Assembly: GCA_964016885.1 (NCBI GenBank)
Contig: OZ024741.1
Span: 384,834,001-384,898,000 of the forward strand
Direction of reading: 5' to 3'
DNA length: 64,000 nucleotides
Source: Eledone cirrhosa
Lineage: Eukaryota
Position numbers and translations under genes: made by a program
Shown here: piece after piece, positions 39,483 through 52,782 of the stretch
Numbering within the stretch: position 1 is the first letter of the stretch
Layout: each line of letters starts with the position of its first letter
Notes under the pieces: generated by a model
What the model saw: only the letters and a program-made list of their open reading frames with translations
What the model was told of the DNA's origin: nothing
Databases searched by the model: none

Positions 39483-40313
39483 TAAACTCTATAATCCTGG
39501 GTTCGAGATAAACCAACATTTAAATAACTACTATCGACATATCATGAATATAATACGTAAGAAAATGGTTAAAATTGGACGGAGTGATGTGTATCAGATG
39601 GAAGTCAACGTATAGGCAAATTCACAAGCAAAAATATACAGTGAAGTACACGAGTACATGTGCAGATACTCATATATACAGATATATATTCACATGCAAA
39701 ATATCATTGTATTGAGATACGTACATACAATAACAATGGACGTAATAATATAGACACAAATACAAATATATGTAGTGTAAATAACACATCATTAATTCAT
39801 ATCAAAACAATACAAAACACTCCCACGTGCATACGCATACATACATTCATGCACACACAGAAACACAGAAACACACACATACGTACATCCATACACATCC
39901 ATACACACATACAGAGAGACGGATAGACTGACCGACATACATACATACATACATACATACATACATACATACATGTATTTATGTATGTGTAGAGTCACAA
40001 AATGGCAACTTGTGACAATTATTGCAGTTAAGCTGATTATGAATTTATCAATTACATTTTTAGTTTTTGTTTATCCTTCAAAATTTTAAGAGCTTCTACG
40101 TAGGTTATGTCGGTAAATTTGTCAGAAAGTGACAGCTTATATAAAAGTTATCTGAGTTTTGCTAGCTGAAATCTAAACTACAATAAAGGAATAAATAATG
40201 CGGCTTTAACACTCTAAATATTATTTTTGAAGGTTTGTTCCTGATATGTAGAAATACACAGCTATATATACATAACCGATTTCTTGGAGTTTTAAGCGCT
40301 GAGAATATAGATA

Positions 40314-40588
40314 TATAAGTATAAAGGATGATGTGCTTATGCGCAGAAATGCTATAAAATAGCTTATAATAATAGGATGAAGATCCTTAAAAGACAGAAA
40401 AAGAAGTTGCCATGAGAAATTGAACCCTATATCTCCCAGATACCGGCTAGGAGATATCTAGGAGATATGGGGTCTAATTCCTCATAGTGGCCGATGGCAA
40501 CTTCTTTTTCCATCTTTTAAGGGTCTTCACCATATTTATAAGCTATTTTATATCTCTGCGCATGAGCACACCATCCTTTATACTTATA
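40314..40588. mobile_element. Foldback/MITE-like palindrome with ~125-bp arms
   Basis: TATAAGTATAAAGGATG...AAGAAGTTGCCAT mirrored by ATGGCAACTTCTT...CATCCTTTATACTTATA. Confidence 0.8.
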
Positions 40589-40899
40589 CAGTTATATATG
40601 TTTTACTCAACTAAAGTTGTACTCAAGTCAGAATCAATGATTCATTTAAAGTCGAACTCAGTGATTCATTTAAAATGTTGCTACACTCAACAATGTAGGA
40701 GTTATTGTTTAGGCAGTATGGCGATTTTAATTTGAATATATGTTTGACGTATCTCACTTACAATGTCATCTTTCAGAGACTCTGAAGCTCTGTATTTTTC
40801 TCTCGTTAGTTTGTTAAAAATCTTTTTTGGTATAATAAGTAATATAGTCGTCCGGACTTTTGCCAGTGTTCCCAACACGTAGATCATGGAAACATTGGA

Positions 40900-41205
40900 A
40901 TAATCGCCGTTGGTTTCGACGATGAGTGTTTCAGTTGTTCGATTAACATAACAGCTTGCTCCTGAAATTTACGTGTAAGTGACCGAGCATTCCACAGGCA
41001 CGTGTACCCTTAATCTACTAATTCAGCGTAACACAAAGTGTGACCAGACTGAACCTTTGAATTACAGCCCGTCCGATGGGCTTCCAAACAATTTCCATCT
41101 ATTCAGTTTTACTCACAAGGCAAGAATTGAACTGAGACTGATAAATGAGGTTTACCTAAGATAGCACACAGTGGGATCGAACCTAGGAACTTATGATTGT
41201 TAAGC
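40900..41205 (-). mobile_element. tRNA-derived SINE, degraded or composite
   Basis: Minus-strand GGTTCGATCCC B-box near 41175; tail homologous to 35550-35680. Confidence 0.55.
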
Positions 41206-41209
41206 GATT

Positions 41210-41565
41210 ATATCGATTCCAGTACCTGCCTGGTACTTTATTCATCGATCTTGGAAGGATGAAGGGCAAAGTTGACCAAACCGAGATTTGAACTCAGAAC
41301 GTAAAGAATCGGAACAAGTACCGCAAAACATAGCTAGGCTACATAATCATTTCTGATTTAGGCACAAGGCCAACAATTTTGGGGGAGGGGAAAGTCGATT
41401 AAATCGACACCAGTGCATTACTGGTGCTTTATTTTATCGACTCCATAAGGATGAAAGGCAAAGCTAACTTCGGCGGGATTTGAACTCAGAACACAAAGCG
41501 ACGTAACTATATACCGCGAAGCATGGTGTCCGACGCTCTACCGATACTGTTAATCCACCGCTTTT
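41210..41565 (-). mobile_element. Two adjacent Meta-domain SINE copies
   Basis: Reverse-complement cores at 41230-41300 and 41420-41490. Confidence 0.8.
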
Positions 41566-41659
41566 GGTTAGGCTGCATAATGACGCAGTAAAATGGTGGC
41601 AAGAATAGTTTCTGCGTGACGATTACTTTAAAAGATTGAAGAGAAGAGATCAAGAAATA

Positions 41660-42480
41660 TTTCAGTACTAGCTGGGATACGCAGGACTCAAAGCTGAAAT
41701 AGAAGAATTATTTCACTGCAGTGTAAGATCAAAGCCTTTCCACGAGAATCAATGAAAAAACATTTAATGAAGCGGAATAAAATAAGTAACTGCAGAATAT
41801 GATGAAGGTGAGAAGAAACATTTAATCACAATATTTCTGGCTTCCTAGTCTCAGACAAGTGAGAATATATATATAGGCATGAGAGCGTTAGAGGATTTCA
41901 TACTCTAGAAATTATGCCAGCATTATGAAATACCGATAAAAGAAGAGATGATATAAACATACACCATAAAAGATAGAGAATGTTAAAGTGTTCATACATC
42001 ATACTCCGGAGAATGCCAATTCACCAGGAGTAGGAGATTAAGGCAAATCAATCGGATATTGTTGACAAAAGACCATCAGGTAATGAAGTGCCTTCCGATT
42101 GATGTATCAGTCGATAATTGATCTAGAAAAAGAAATGGATAAATTTTCCAAATATATAGATCTGGAGATAGGGATAACCAGAATGTGGGTATTGAAAACA
42201 GAAATAATCCTACTATGATAGGGACCTTGGGAATGATAACGATGTGGACAAATATATAACTAAAACCCCAGGATTTACACATGTACAAAATAAACAAACC
42301 ATAACGCTCACAGACACTGCACTTCTACCAAGTGTACTTTATTGATGTGTTTAATGAATTTAAACGTCAGTATAGAGCTAGCAAGTCACGACAGACTAGG
42401 GAAGTATCTCGTACTTCTTACAGTTGAAAAACAAAAAACAAAATATAAAGAGTTAAGTAAATATAAAAAGCAAAAAAGAA
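41660..42480 (+). mobile_element. Degraded R4/Dong-like 3' fragment with 3' UTR and A-rich tail
   Basis: Broken-frame GLKAE, DQSL, CRI, EYIYRH, DIV, IDVSV, KYIDLEI, IGTLG motifs. Confidence 0.65.
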
Positions 42481-42564
42481 AACATAAAAACAAAATATAA
42501 TCATAGCACACAGAACTGTGCTGTGTTATGTTGTGAAAACGTAATTTAAGATAACACAATAAGT

Positions 42565-42725
42565 GTTTCTAATTTTGGCACAAGGCCAGCAATGTTTTGG
42601 GGAAAAAGGGAAAGTAGATGAAATTTACTTCAGTATTTGACTGGTACTTTATTATATAGATCCAGGAAAAATGAAAGGTAAAGTTGATATCGATGGGATT
42701 TGAACCAACCCAGAACATAAAGAGA
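42565..42725 (-). mobile_element. Meta-domain SINE, degraded
   Basis: GGCACAAGGCCAGCAAT..CTGGTACTTTAT..ATGAAAGGTAAAGTTGA..GGATTTGAAC on plus strand. Confidence 0.7.
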
Positions 42726-42999
42726 CGTGCCTGTAGAGTTTATCACGAACAGGTCAAAACCCTCTGAAGTTCGGTTTGACCAAAGGCCGTTGGAAGTTAT
42801 TCATATTACATGATCTGAAAATCCTCGTTGACTGGAGGTAATAAGTAGTTTTTGCCGTTGTAATAATTTTATAGTAAGCATATAAGAAATAGGAAATTTA
42901 ACAGAAACAAACCTCTGAAATAAATTTTAAATAATAGATACAGCAAATCCCTTTTCTCCAACATTCTACGCATTCATAAGATTACGAGTTTGCGAAAAT

Positions 43000-43285
43000 G
43001 AGTATAGTCAATTAAAGACGCCTCAGTACTTGACTGGTATTTTATTTTATTGAACCCAGAATAAAGTTGATTAGGTAGGATTAGGATTGAGAACGTAACT
43101 GTATATTGAGTAAATACCGCAAGTCATGTCATCTTGCACTGTCTACCATTAAATAGATATTTCCAAATTTATACAAAAGGTTTAGAGGGAAGAAAAGTCG
43201 ATCCCGGTTTTTGACTGGTATTTTATTTTATCTGGAAGGATAAAGGCAAAATTGGCCTCGGCGGAATTTGAACTCAGGACGTTAT
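43000..43285 (-). mobile_element. Two degraded Meta-domain SINE fragments
   Basis: GACTGGTATTTTATTTTAT cores at ~43032 and ~43213. Confidence 0.6.
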
Positions 43286-43865
43286 GAATGTAATTATTGG
43301 AAAATTATAATAGTATGTTCATTAGAATATGGTAAAGAAAGAGTTAATTGTCTTTGTAATAAAATACAACTGTTTTGTTTATTCACAATTGTATAAATGT
43401 AATTACAAATACAAAACTCGCTATTAAAGGGAATAAAAAAGGGAAATGAAAATAAGTAAAAGAAAAAAAAAAAGAATTAAGCAACGAAAGAAAGAAAGGG
43501 GGGAGGGACAAACATTACACCCTAGTCTGAGTGGTGCCTCAGCCGCACCCCGTGGTCAAAATGGCGAGGAAATTACGGCGGTGAGTGGCCAGAGACACCC
43601 GCTGCAACAGGCCGTCAATCGTTCCGATTTTACGGAGAGTTAATTGTTCTCTGACCCCATCTCCTCCTCGATAAATATCGTATTTCACTTGACTCCCTTC
43701 AGTTCATTCAATAGATTCATCAACTCATTGTTGTCGATTCGGACAAATGTAAAATCTCAGTTAATCTCAGAGTCGGAAAGTTGATGTGTATCCATGTCTC
43801 TGCTTACTTTTGTCTGGGTTAATTTTTTTATTTTCTTTTGTGCTTTTTCTCTTCTCTTTTTTTGG

Positions 43866-44296
43866 AGGGTGGAGTGTGAAGACCAGCCAAGAGAACCAAT
43901 TAGATGCTTTTGACACCAAATGGCGACGCAAAATCCTTGGCATCAGGTGGGATGATGTCATCACAAACAAAGAAGTCCGTCAACGAACCCACCAACAACG
44001 TCTGTCTAACATCATGCGCATGCGTCGACGTGGCTGGTTGGGACACATCACATGACTCCGAAGTGAAAGCCATGTTAATCTGGTCCTGTATTGGTACATC
44101 CACTTCTCTAGAAAGAGGAAAAGAGGACGTCCCAAGATGAACTGGCGGCAGACAATCGACAGAGACCTGAGCCCGTTAACAAAAGCTGGAACGATGTATT
44201 GATAGATGTAACTGACCGTGGTCATTGGAACACTTTGTCTGCCTCACGCCGCTCAAGACACGAGAGCTTCTATGTCTAAGTAAGTGAGTTAGTAAT
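43866..44296 (+). mobile_element. RTE-clade LINE 3' fragment
   Basis: LDAFDTKWRRKILGIRWDDVITNKEVR, WLGH, KRGRPKMNW; ends in a (TAAG)-like tail. Confidence 0.85.
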
Positions 44297-44479
44297 AATC
44301 TAGTAATGATTTATTCCATGTTATAAAATAAAATTACAGACAATGAATCAATTGACAGCTGTAGAAATAACATTACAAATATTGATGGAAATATGAAAGA
44401 AAAAGAATGATAAAAAGAAAACCAAGCAACGATTGGGTGGGTGGTAAAAAGGGTAGATCTAGCTGTATAGGAAAGTAGG

Positions 44480-46100
44480 ATCCCTGGGGCCTCGACGGTG
44501 ACCGGTGTGAAGAGGAAGCGGCCAGACAAGCCCCGGTATTTGTCTTCCTGTGCTCTGCCTTGCATGCCGCAGTACCGAGGCTTGTGGCCAAAGCGACTAA
44601 GTTGGAAGCGAAGAACATGTCATGGCATGTGGCGTCTCAGATGAGGGACTTACCTCATTCGAATGGGAAGAGGGTAATTTCATCGAGGCGCTTGCCGTTT
44701 CCGCGGTCGAGATCTGCTGGCTCCAGTTGTGATGGGAAGCCAGCGGCATCAGGCTCCTTCTCAATATATCGTTGGGGGCGGCATATCCAGGTACTAAACG
44801 TTGAAGGGCGACCGGACAGAGCAGACAACATTGTCAACTGCAAGCGCAAAGGGGAGCGGGCCGATTGAGTCTCCCTGCTGGATGCCCGTAGCGAAAGTAT
44901 CCTTGCCAGCAACCATGAGTATGTTGGGTCTTCTGTACGAAAGGTGAGCAAGAGGGGGCTCGTCTGAGACACGTCTCTAAAACGTGATCCCGCCTAACGC
45001 TGTTGAATGCGTTTCTCATATCCAGCTTCCCAAGGATGTGGAGTACGAAGCAGGAACAGATTCGTGAGCTGCAGCCTCACACCCACATTTGATTCCCACT
45101 CCGAGTTGTACAGGGTTTAGCGCTTCGCTCAGGTCATATTTAACTGACTTGCAAGCTATGTTGGCTGCAATGTGGTGGACGCCTCCGTCATTCTTCTTCA
45201 GAGCGGTCAGACTAGGTGAGAAGAAAAGATCGCGGGCATGGTAGGGAAAGTTGGCGCGGAGAAGACTGTTGGCAAGGGCAATGATCGACTGGAGCAATTG
45301 TGCTCCTGCCTCAACAGCATGAAACGAGATAAGGTCTCTGAGGTGGCCGAGTGACAGGCCGTCTACTTCGCTACTGCTGCTCCTTAGGAAGGATCTCAGG
45401 GCAGCTACTACGACCTCACTAGACGCAGCCAAGGAAAGATTACTGACTGGGGCTAGGGCATGTCTGTTGTCAACTAGGGGGTCTGGATGTTTTAGGCGAA
45501 GCACTGATAAGACATCAGGTGTGAGCCGGAGTACAGTGTCGCTCGAGGCCAACACACATACCGCAGCCGAAATGTCACTCTCAATCATTTTGAGGTTGAC
45601 TCTGTCCCGGAGACGTTTCGTGCAGTCAGAAGTGTGCTTGTGCTGTGTCGGCATTGGTGGGCAGCACAAGGGGACCGAGAGGCTCGCAGGCGAAGGGTCG
45701 CAGGAGAAGGGTCGCAGGCGAAGGGTCGCAGGCGAAGGGTCGCAGGCGAAGGGTCGCAGGAGAAGGGTCGCAGGCGAAGGGTCGCAGGCGAAGGGTCGCA
45801 GGCGAAGGGTCGCAGGCGAAGGGTCGCAGGCGAAGGGTCGCAGGCGAAGGGTCACAAGCGAAATGTCGCAGGCGAAGGGTCACAGGCGAAAGGCTACAGA
45901 CAAAGGGTCGCAGACAGAAGCGATATTGCCCTTGAGCATCGAAGTCAGGGAGAGGCCCGATCTCTCCTATGTCGTCAGGTTCCCTGCCATTGGGATCCCG
46001 AGTGCGAGGTTAGCTAAACTGAACAGTTTTGTCCAGTCTTGCGAGCCACCCGAGTCAAGCACTCGATCGATGGACGCACCACGGTATTTACTTCACATTA
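44480..46100 (-). mobile_element. CRE-like non-LTR retrotransposon (RT + restriction-like endonuclease), internally deleted
   Basis: LTALKKNDGG, QLGVGIKCGCEAAAH, LDMRNAFNSVRR, QQGD, LEP..DRGNGKRLD.ITLFPF, DATC, KYRGL..F.FTPVTVE. Confidence 0.8.
45683..45915. repeat. 14-bp minisatellite (GCAGGCGAAGGGTC)n, about 15 copies
   Basis: Direct inspection; translates as a 14-aa periodic pattern. Confidence 0.95.
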
Positions 46101-46146
46101 TCTGATAATTTCATTATCTGATAATTTCATTATCTGATAATTTCAT
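46095..46146. repeat. 16-bp tandem repeat x3 (TTCATTATCTGATAAT)
   Basis: Direct inspection. Confidence 0.85.
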
Positions 46147-46319
46147 CGCTTGGTAGTCTCATGGAAAGCTAATTACATCACGATAAAACATCATCGTTAA
46201 ATTCATTGCTATGTTTTCATTTTTTAATCCACAGAATAAATACATAATTTATACACTATTTCAAGTTTTCATTCGCAGAATAAAAACATCTTATTTCTTT
46301 TACAGTGAGAAAGAAATAA

Positions 46320-46954
46320 TCTATATATCTAAAACAGAGAATGTCTGTCTGTTTGTTTCTCTGTCTCCCTAAAACTCGAGAACCACCCAACCGAATTTTT
46401 TCAAACTTTACACTTGTAATACTTATGGCCGTGTGAGTGTTTTGAGCAAACGATATTTCAAATTTTCAATGCCCTAGGGACCGCAATAGGCGCCGATTAG
46501 CGATCTCTCTATCTTTGTTAGTCTGTCTTTTTAGATAGATACATAGCTATAACGTCGCGCCCTTATAATATATGTCTGTATGTCTGGCATTACGACATTA
46601 TGACAAATATTGTTCTCATTGCTGACGTATTATCTTCGCTATTTTCCGTTCATTGCTAGGGAACCTCTTCACGAACCAAAGTATCGTCTTCCTGTTTTCC
46701 TTCGGTTGCAACGTTTTTCGAAATATTTACTTCTGCGTTCACAGATTGATTTTTTTTAGTTAAGGGTGAAAGCGGCGATTCTTTGCTTAAACTTTAATCT
46801 GTTATTTTAATATATATATATATATATAAGCACAATATGTAGACACCATCCCCAGGCCGAGGTATTCTGTACTTCTCTGTACTGTTTCAGAAAGGAGGGA
46901 TAAACATGCCAATCTATGTTTAGAATCCCTAGCAACGCCGGGCCATTCTGCTAG
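46320..46954 (+). mobile_element. Non-autonomous Helitron-like element
   Basis: A|TCTATATATCTAAAA, (GTCT)n, 3' CCCTAGCAACGCCGGG and CTAG|T; termini match 38664-39482. Confidence 0.8.
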
Positions 46955-47494
46955 TAATAAATAAAATTCCATCGTACGCTCTGGATTTCTTTTTAGAAAT
47001 CTTGAAAAACGAACAATCAAGAAAGAAATAGTAATTGAACAGTATATCACCGATGAAGGATTTTCGTACTGCGAAAAGATATTTAAAGATATTACAGCGA
47101 TAATTCAATGCATCACCAATCAAAATCGCGAAATTTAAGAGGTATTGTTTAAAATTTATTCTTTTACAGTGTTTCTTCATTGCTTTTATTTAAAATAGTG
47201 TTGCGTTATTTAAAATTTTGTTTTTTGTAATTCTATTTTAAAAAGTAAATATGATTTGTTTTCTATTGAGTAAATTTGATATTAGTATTTTTTCTATGCA
47301 TATCTTTTTCATTGATAATGGAATGTGACACATTTACCCTAAAAATAAAAAAATAACATAATATTTAGGGATGTACTTACTCTGCGGATAAGAAGCATGA
47401 TAATGAATTTATCAATGATGTATTGATTCGTTGAAATACATCTCTTTGCGATTACATTACGATTTATTTACCTAAAAAAAAATGTCTAAAGTTA

Positions 47495-47768
47495 ATCTCG
47501 AGCCCGGAGATCCATCAGACCGGTGGTTATCCCGGTTTCCGAGTCGTGAAGCGACTGAAAGTACAAGACTCCCTTCTGGACATAACACTAATCCATCTCA
47601 GGGTTAACCCCCAGCTATTACTGGTACTCATTGTCAGCTGGGTATACTGAAGCAACATGAAATGAAATGAAATGTTTTGATCAAGAACACAACGCACAAT
47701 CCAATCCAGGAATGGAACTCACAACATTATGATCATAAGTTCAACACTCTTACCATTAGGCCACATGT
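47495..47768 (-). mobile_element. tRNA-derived SINE with V-domain-like core
   Basis: Minus strand GTGGCCTAATGGTAAG A-box, GAGTTCCATTCC B-box, AACCCTGAGATGGATTAG..TCCAG core, GAAACCGGGATAA tail. Confidence 0.65.
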
Positions 47769-47799
47769 ATTTACCGCGAACTCTTTTTAAAAACTGTCT

Positions 47800-48400
47800 C
47801 CGTTAGATCATTACTCCTTTGTTCCCATTTCTTCTTCACGGTTGCTGGTTGTAGCCTCTGACTGGCTTTCTTCCCGTGGAGGAAACACCGTCACTTCTTG
47901 GTGCTGGACTTTATCACCATCTATTGACTATAGAACTGAGGTGAAAACAATTTTTTTCCACTCTGGCTTTCCTTGAAGTTCAACCAGTAACTCTCTGGAA
48001 TTCCCAGCTGTTGATTATATCTCTGCTGTCATCCACAACTGTTGTTGATGTCCATGTCGTCCATTGTTGTGGTTGATGCTTCTGTTGACGTCCATTGTTG
48101 TTGTTGATGCTGCTGCTGCCTCCTCTGTCTCCTCCTCCTCTTTCTTCCTTTTCTTCTTCTTCTCCTCCTCCTCCTCCCCCCCCCCTCCCCCTCCTCCTCC
48201 TCCTCCTCTTGTATAGCAGCTGAGCTTTCTGTTCCTCACCACCAATCATATTACTTTACTATTTACATCCACAATAAGGTACAACTTCGGAATATAGGCT
48301 TGTGACCTTCCTGTCCATACACACTCCCCCCTGCCAGATGTCTCTTAACTTTACGCCAATCTCATTCCCACGCTTTACCGCAAAGGTGTTGATGAGTCAA
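47800..48400 (-). mobile_element. Possible very degraded Tx1 ORF1 remnant
   Basis: VVRNRKLSCY resembles IVEGRRPSCY, followed by a low-complexity linker; weak. Confidence 0.35.
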
Positions 48401-48570
48401 ATATAAGCTTTCGTACTAATGTTCTTCGCAGTGACCCTTGGCACTAGGACCAGATTTAGTCCTTGGGGGGCACGGGGCGGTTCAGGTTTGGTTGGCTCCT
48501 TATATAACACCATACACACACACCACACAGACGCACACAAACACACACATATATATAAGTATGTATGTAC

Positions 48571-48606
<36 letters not shown>

Positions 48607-48699
48607 CTACTCCCTTTTGTGTTATTCACTTTCTAATTAAATAGCTCTGTTCTATACATAGAGAACTCTTTTTTCCTTTGCTTTTCCTTCGGAATTACC

Positions 48700-48765
<66 letters not shown>

Positions 48766-48859
48766 GCATATGTATGTAAAAGGTAAACAGAATTAACAAC
48801 ACAATCGGTACAGTATATGGAAGAAATATATTAGGTTAATGCTTGAAATAGCAGGAAGA

Positions 48860-48900
48860 AATCTTAACGTTTCGGACGCTAGTCCTTCTTCAGAAGAAAG
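48860..48900 (-). ncRNA. Minimal type I hammerhead ribozyme motif (Penelope-type)
   Basis: UCUU-CUGAAGA-A-GGAC(UAGC)GUCC-GAAAC-GUU-AAGA. Confidence 0.7.
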
Positions 48901-49611
48901 AATGAGAAATTAGAAAGATTGAAGGGACGGGCGGGGTGGTATGAGAGAGAGAGATAGAGAGAAAAGGGGTCCTGTTTGGAGAGGGAGTATCTGATGAGAG
49001 GAGTCCAGTGCAGTCGCCCTCCTCCCGATAAAATTGACCATGAACGACACAAGTCTGTAGGTAAGGAGCGACACCCCAGTTCTGCTTGTTTCTCTCTAAC
49101 AATGGTACCAAACAAGGAGTTGCTATTTTTATTGATTTTGTTATTGAAGTTTGTACTTTTACCAATTTTGCTCGTTGAAATGTGAATATCCGTGTTTAAA
49201 AATGTACCTGCTTGTGAAATGGCCATCTTTGTATTTATCCTTTTTGAATCGTTTTCGTTTTTTGGGGGTTTTAAAATTTAGAAAATTTATTAAAAATTGT
49301 TAGAGTATATTCACTGCTGTTCGTGGCTAACACATCTTGCCGCTTCCCCGGGCTGGTCGTCTTGAATCACTAATAAACTGTGTTTACAAAAATACAATCT
49401 AATAAAAAATGGAAATAACATGGACGCTCAACTGTTCTAAATTCCTTGTATGAGCAAAATAAAACAAAGAAAGAAAGTGATGAACAAACAGAAAATAAAG
49501 CACACATTTTAATCAAGTGGAATAATATCCAATTCTTCACTGGAGTTCTGTTAAATATGTCGGTTTAACGTGAACAACAACGCCAACATCAACAGTAATA
49601 ATAGTAATAAT

Positions 49612-49762
49612 GGTTTCTACTTTTGGCACAAGGCCAACAATTACCCCAGTGCATTACCCCGTAAGGATGAAAGGCAAAGTTAACCTCGGCTGGTTTTGAA
49701 CTCAGAACGTAAAGGGCCGTACCTATATACTAAAAGCATGTTGTCTACCGATACTGCCAATC
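49612..49762 (-). mobile_element. Meta-domain SINE with internal deletion
   Basis: Reverse complement of the 28445 unit. Confidence 0.8.
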
Positions 49763-49771
49763 AATCTCTCT

Positions 49772-52700
49772 CAGTCACTCTGACCGACCGCTAGGGCAAG
49801 TGCCCTCTTCCGTGTGTCCTCCCTCAATCTACAGGCACATACTTAGAACAGGCCGATTCATTCGGGCCATTCTCACCTCTTTCACCCACCTTTTAACAAA
49901 TTGCTTTGAAGGCAGCACTTCCCTCTCCACCTTAATTTTCCTCATCCAGTGAAACCTGAAGAAGTTAATCAGGATCTCACCACAGAGGAAAGTGCCCGTC
50001 TTCAGCCCTTTCAGATACGTCATCGCCACTAGACTGACAAAGACTATCTGCCCTTCCTGGGTAAAGAAGAGCGGCTGCGTGATTTTATCGATGGACTCAG
50101 GTGATAATCGGATCCGTCCAACACGTGACAGCAGGTGTTCGACATAAACCCTCAAGTCAGCGATACTCGGACACTGGACGAGTGCGAGCACGACGGTTTC
50201 GTCACCCTGCGCGATCTCGGATATGTCCGGCTGACGACACTGCCATGCCTGTACAGTTTATCTAAGATCAGCAACGCTCACCGGTAGCACTGCCAAGCTA
50301 GGGTTTTCTGGAAGTTATCCACTGATCCTGGACCGAAAATCCTGCGGAAGAGAATGGCTAGTTGATTTTTGTCGACGCCTTGAGTTTCCCAAGAACGTTA
50401 TCGCTTTTACCCATCACTAACTCTCGATAGAACGCCAAGGTGGAGTTTCCACCGATCGTAGTGCCCGATTAGCTGTGAGCGTTTGAAGACATTCTATATT
50501 CAAAGCTCTAGTCCTACGTCTCTGCTTGACCCAGGTCTGCAGCTCCGTCAAAGAGAAAAGCTGATGAAAAACATGCCTAGCGAATGGTGGCTACACCTGT
50601 TCATGAAAAACTGGTGATGTCGTAGCCTTAGCGCATCATCAGCCACGACATGTCCAGTCTTCTATGCAGCGGGTGTTGATAGCAGATGGGTCGCCTGACC
50701 ATCAGAGTGCGCCCATTCCACAAAAAGCCAAAGAGATAACGTTCCAGTCCAGTCGGACGAGGCTTAGGATAAGGCATAACGGTCAGGCGGTAGTAGTTGA
50801 CGGACAGGCTGTACGCGTTCGCCACATCCACCCAACCTTCCTCTCGGCCCATTTCTGTGTTAGAGTAGCCATATTGCTCGTCACCTCGTAGCAGTTTTTG
50901 TCCGTCTGGAGGTCCGGACTAAACCAGACCCCGAGCAATTTAATCGGTTAGTCAGTTCAGCGCCCGACGACGCTGTCGGATGGCATGGACCTGCCTCTGC
51001 AGGTGCCGTGCTGCAGACCCACCGACTTTTCTTGGTTAATCTTCGCTCTTGTCAACGCCTCGTATTCTCTCAGAGCAGTGCCGATCGTCTCGATGTGTTT
51101 GGCGTTCGACACTGCTACGGTGATGTCGTCGGCATAATCTGATACGGTTCTCCCGCGTCCTAGTTCGCGCGGGATGCCTCTCAACGTCTCCAGTTTGTGC
51201 AGTAATGGCTCTAGTATCAATACATACAACAGAGACAGACGAGAGGGGACATCCTTGGTGAATCAAGTGCATGAGGATAAACGGTTCTGAAATCTGACCG
51301 TTCACTCTCACCACAGAGCAGATGTCGATGTACATTGCAGCGATCCATCCTCTGAAGGCGGGCCCAAAACCAGCTGCCCTGAGGATCGCCACCAGGTATC
51401 AACGGTAGACCCTATCGAATGCTTTCAACTGATCCAATTAATCAAGCCCCCGCCCGTGCCAGCTACCCTCTCATTGATGTATCGCATGAGAGGAAGGTTG
51501 TCGTGGATGCGCCTCTACCACTAGACTCCCGACGACAAGCACCAATCTCGTCGCTAACACCATGGCCAACATTTTGAACTGTGTTTAGCAGAGTTATGGG
51601 CCTGAAATTTTCTATGTAGTATCGGCTTACAGAACTGGGAATTCTCCCGTTCTGTTGCCACTGGCAATAGATATCATGCCAACATGTCTGGCATATGAAC
51701 GTAAAGCTCGATTTACCCCTCATGCAGTTACTCATTGCATCGCATATATCGGCGGCTGTTATCAGCCTTTCGCAGCATTCTACCACCATCGTCGAGAGCC
51801 GTGGCAGGCAGTCGAGGTACGCAGGTTAAGTCCATTTCGTGACCCGGCCCTGCACAGTTTCCGAACAGTTGAGCAAAGTGTTGCTGAAAGGCTGCACACA
51901 TCTGCTTGGGATCGAGTAACATGCGCCCGTCATGATGCGCCAGAGACCGGATTGTGGCTTTGTTGCCACGATGCGTCTCCGCCACTCGGGCCCATTGAAC
52001 GGCTTTCGCTCCTTCATGTCTCAGACACGCGCCCTAGCTCTCACAACGCAGCCTTCGTGCTTAGCGTTGAAGGTCGTGGGCCAATTTCGCCGCAAGCACG
52101 TCGTTTGCGATGACTTTACTAAGCGCCTCGTCCAACATTCTAACTAATTCAACATCTGCTCTATTTTTCTCAATCGCTTCAGCCTTATTGAACCAAATGG
52201 ATTTAATCTAATCACCCTTTTGATGGCAAACCACCATTTGTTGTTGACGATTTCCCCCGTCAACGTCCGCTTAACTAATTCACTGCAGGCTTTGCACGCC
52301 GGGGGCAACGTGTTCAGCTTCCAGTTGCTGGGTCCCTGTCTATGAAGCCTATCTAGATCGACCACTCATATTACAAATTGTGGTCTGTGTATTGACTACC
52401 TTCAATTGTGAACAACCAATGCTAGACTTATCTATTTCCCTACAAAATATCCGATCTTGATGACCTGATGCGTTTGACCATGTCCAAATTGGCATATTCG
52501 GAAAATCGAGTTGGTACCTGTCTGACAGCGTCTGAGCAGGTTTGCGAGGCTTTTATACTTCCTCCCCTATCTGCTAGTCCCACACAGTCCCAGCATGCAT
52601 CCAAGATCCCGTTCCAATCGCCCACTAACACTAAAGAGCGAGACGTCCTTAGGAAGGTTTCCAGGTGACAGAAAATATATGGTCACCCTGCCCCTGTCGG

Positions 52701-52782
52701 GGAATAGACGGCCACTAAACTGAAGGTGTGCCCTTCACTGCTGGTCACGTCCAGCTCCACAAACCTACCTTCTGGGTCTAAG
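49772..52782 (-). mobile_element. L1/Tx1 copy E (A-like family), ORF2 only, heavily degraded
   Basis: LVGDWN, WKLN, NFRPITLLN, DYADD, MNRPVLSMCL*; 3' UTR start matches copy A. Confidence 0.9.

Noticed and set aside
45467-46105. 212-aa Arg-rich repeat protein
   Set aside because: Arises from the 14-bp minisatellite on the antisense strand of a retroelement
48879-49400. 115-aa minus-strand ORF next to the hammerhead motif
   Set aside because: No recognisable domain; cannot be supported as coding
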